Below, one piece after another: positions 62,125 to 64,000 of a stretch of DNA of 64,000 nt. The stretch lies in NCBI GenBank assembly GCA_040954595.2, contig CM082577.2, forward strand, positions 12,433,654 through 12,497,653. The letters are read 5' to 3'. The notes beneath the pieces were generated by a model. It was not told where the DNA came from. It did not search any database and was given only the letters and a program-made list of their open reading frames with translations. The stretch comes from Balanoglossus misakiensis (taxonomy: Eukaryota; Animalia; Hemichordata). Numbering within the stretch: position 1 is the stretch's first letter; the number at the start of each line of letters is the position of its first letter. A program made the translations under genes and the position numbers.

Positions 62125-64000
62125 TGGCTGGGGGAGAGGGTCAGTCTTCCCCAGCTCATCCTGAAATGACCAAACCCATCGTATCTGTTGCTGGACTTGC
62201 ACAACCACTGCCAAATGGGATTGAAATACAAGGACAGATCGGGGGAAAGAAATGTACCTGGTTACTTGATACAGGGGCACAAATCAGTGTAGTTGTCGAT
62301 TCCTTGGTCAAAGGAGCAAATGGAACATTTGCACCAGCACTCTATGCACCACAGGGAGCCAATGGGTCAGACCTAGGGACAGTATGTGACATCATCACTG
62401 ATTGTGAAATTGGTAACCATGCAGTAAAGCAACATAGATTCACTGTTGTCAGGCAGTCAACTTACCCAGCAATAATTGGGATGGACCTCTTCCCATCACT
62501 ACCAGTGCATCTTTCAATAGGAAAAGATGTTTACTATGACTCTACACAGTCTACAAATAGAAATTTCACAAGAGGTGTTGCCCAAGCTCCATATCATGAA
62601 CAACGTTCTGCCCGTCCCATGGTATGTCGTATTCATGCAGCAAATACAGTCAATATTGAACCAAGAAGTATGTGTGTAGTTCAAGGTAAACTGGTGGATG
62701 ATATAAAGCGTGGAACTCAAGGAATTGTAGAGTCAGCAGGAGAAGAAGGATCAGAACGCATGGGAGTCGGATGTGGCCAAGTTCTTGATGCGGTGCGAGA
62801 CAATGGAACAGTATTGATGCAAATGACGAATCCTTCAAATTCGACTTGCAAAATTGCTGCTGGCTCTATCATAGGCATGTTTACTGCAGGTGCAGAAGAT
62901 GTGCAGACAAAACAGATTGCAACAATGACCAAACAGATGGGCAAGGATGACTTTACCCAGAAGCGCAGAGAAACGGCAAGAGATGAAATGTCCCGTGCTT
63001 TTGCGAATGAGTCTGATGTGGCCCCGAACGAGAAACATCGATTGTATAAGGTGATACATTCGTATGCTGACATATTTTCATTAGATGGGGAAATGGGTCT
63101 CACAGACTGCATTGAACATTATATACCAACAGGTTCAGCAGCACCTGTTTCACAACAACCACGACGGATACCGTTCCACCGAATGGCAGAAGTGGAGCAG
63201 TTCGTGAATGACAGTCTACAGGATGGGGTGATCAGACCAAGCAGTAGTCCGTGGTCAAGCCCCCTGGTGCTAGTAAAGAAAGCAGACGGAAATACAAGAT
63301 TTTGTGTTGACTTTCGCCGACTTAATGACTTAACAGTTGGGGATTCATTTCCAATCCCGAGAGTGGACGACAGCCTAGCAGCCCTATCAGGAAGTCGTAT
63401 CTATACAACCATCGACCTTTCGCGGGGATTTTGGCAGGTACCAGTGAATGAGGCAGACTGACCGAAAACTGCGTTTACCTGTCACAAAGGCCTCTTTGAA
63501 TTTAACACTATGCCATTTGGTCTTAAGGGAGCGCCAGCGACGTTCCAGAGACTAATGACATCACTTCTCAGTGACCTCAACTGGGAATTTGTACTCATCT
63601 ATTTAGATGATATTCTGGTCTATTCTCGCAGCTTTGATGAACACCTCGAACACCTCAAGATTGTGTTCGAGAAACTCCGTGCTGCTGGTTTGAAATTGAA
63701 CATTAAGAAGTGTAAATTTGCTCGCAGACAAGTCAAATATTTGGGGTATAGGATCACAGAAGCAGGTGCCCACCCAGATCCAGACAAAGTAAGTGCAATT
63801 GTTGACTACCCTCGGCCAGCAACAGTACCCGAGCTTCGGCGTTTCATAGGTATGGCATCCTATTATCGGAGATTTATTGAGAAGTTTTCAAGCATTGCAC
63901 ATCCTTTGAATGAGCTCACCCAAAAGAATACAACTTTTCAATGGAATGATGCTTGCCAACATGCTTTTGAGACACTCAAGACAAAGCTTGCTACAGCCCC
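62112..64000 (+). pseudogene. Gypsy pol (protease, RT) in the -1 frame, with one premature stop
   Basis: LLDTGAQIS protease; RFCVDFRRLN; TGA at 63459-63461 within EAD*PKTAF; YLDD at ~63600. Confidence 0.88.

Larger units (their letters stand above)
60905..64000 (+). mobile_element. Gypsy LTR retrotransposon, 3' part outside the window
   Basis: Probable 5' LTR 60905-61130 (TG...CA) after a (GTAT)n tract; PBS TGGTGGCAGCGGTGGGAT at 61132-61149 (tRNA-Leu 3' end as recalled); gag and pol follow. Confidence 0.9.

Overview
AT-rich, intron-rich eukaryotic DNA; the repeat families suggest a marine invertebrate, but this is inference. The only host gene is a large + strand ankyrin-repeat gene that the ORF track misses almost entirely. 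I trace 27 small GT-AG exons between 13787 and 60826, each encoding about one ankyrin repeat. All but one junction are phase 0, and the repeats form higher-order modules. No start or stop codon is in view. The rest is transposon-derived: (i) a DIRS retrotransposon (1-~12863) whose tyrosine recombinase is split by an intron-containing hAT element (3321-6979) and a Mag-like Gypsy element (7148-11772); (ii) a second Mag-like Gypsy (37463-46045) carrying three nested insertions; (iii) a third Gypsy running off the right end (60905-64000); (iv) many non-autonomous elements (Kolobok-like TTAA MITEs, MULE-like, Helentron-associated HINE-like, fold-back and palindromic elements) and local tandem arrays. 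All calls come from manual reading and translation; no database search was run.
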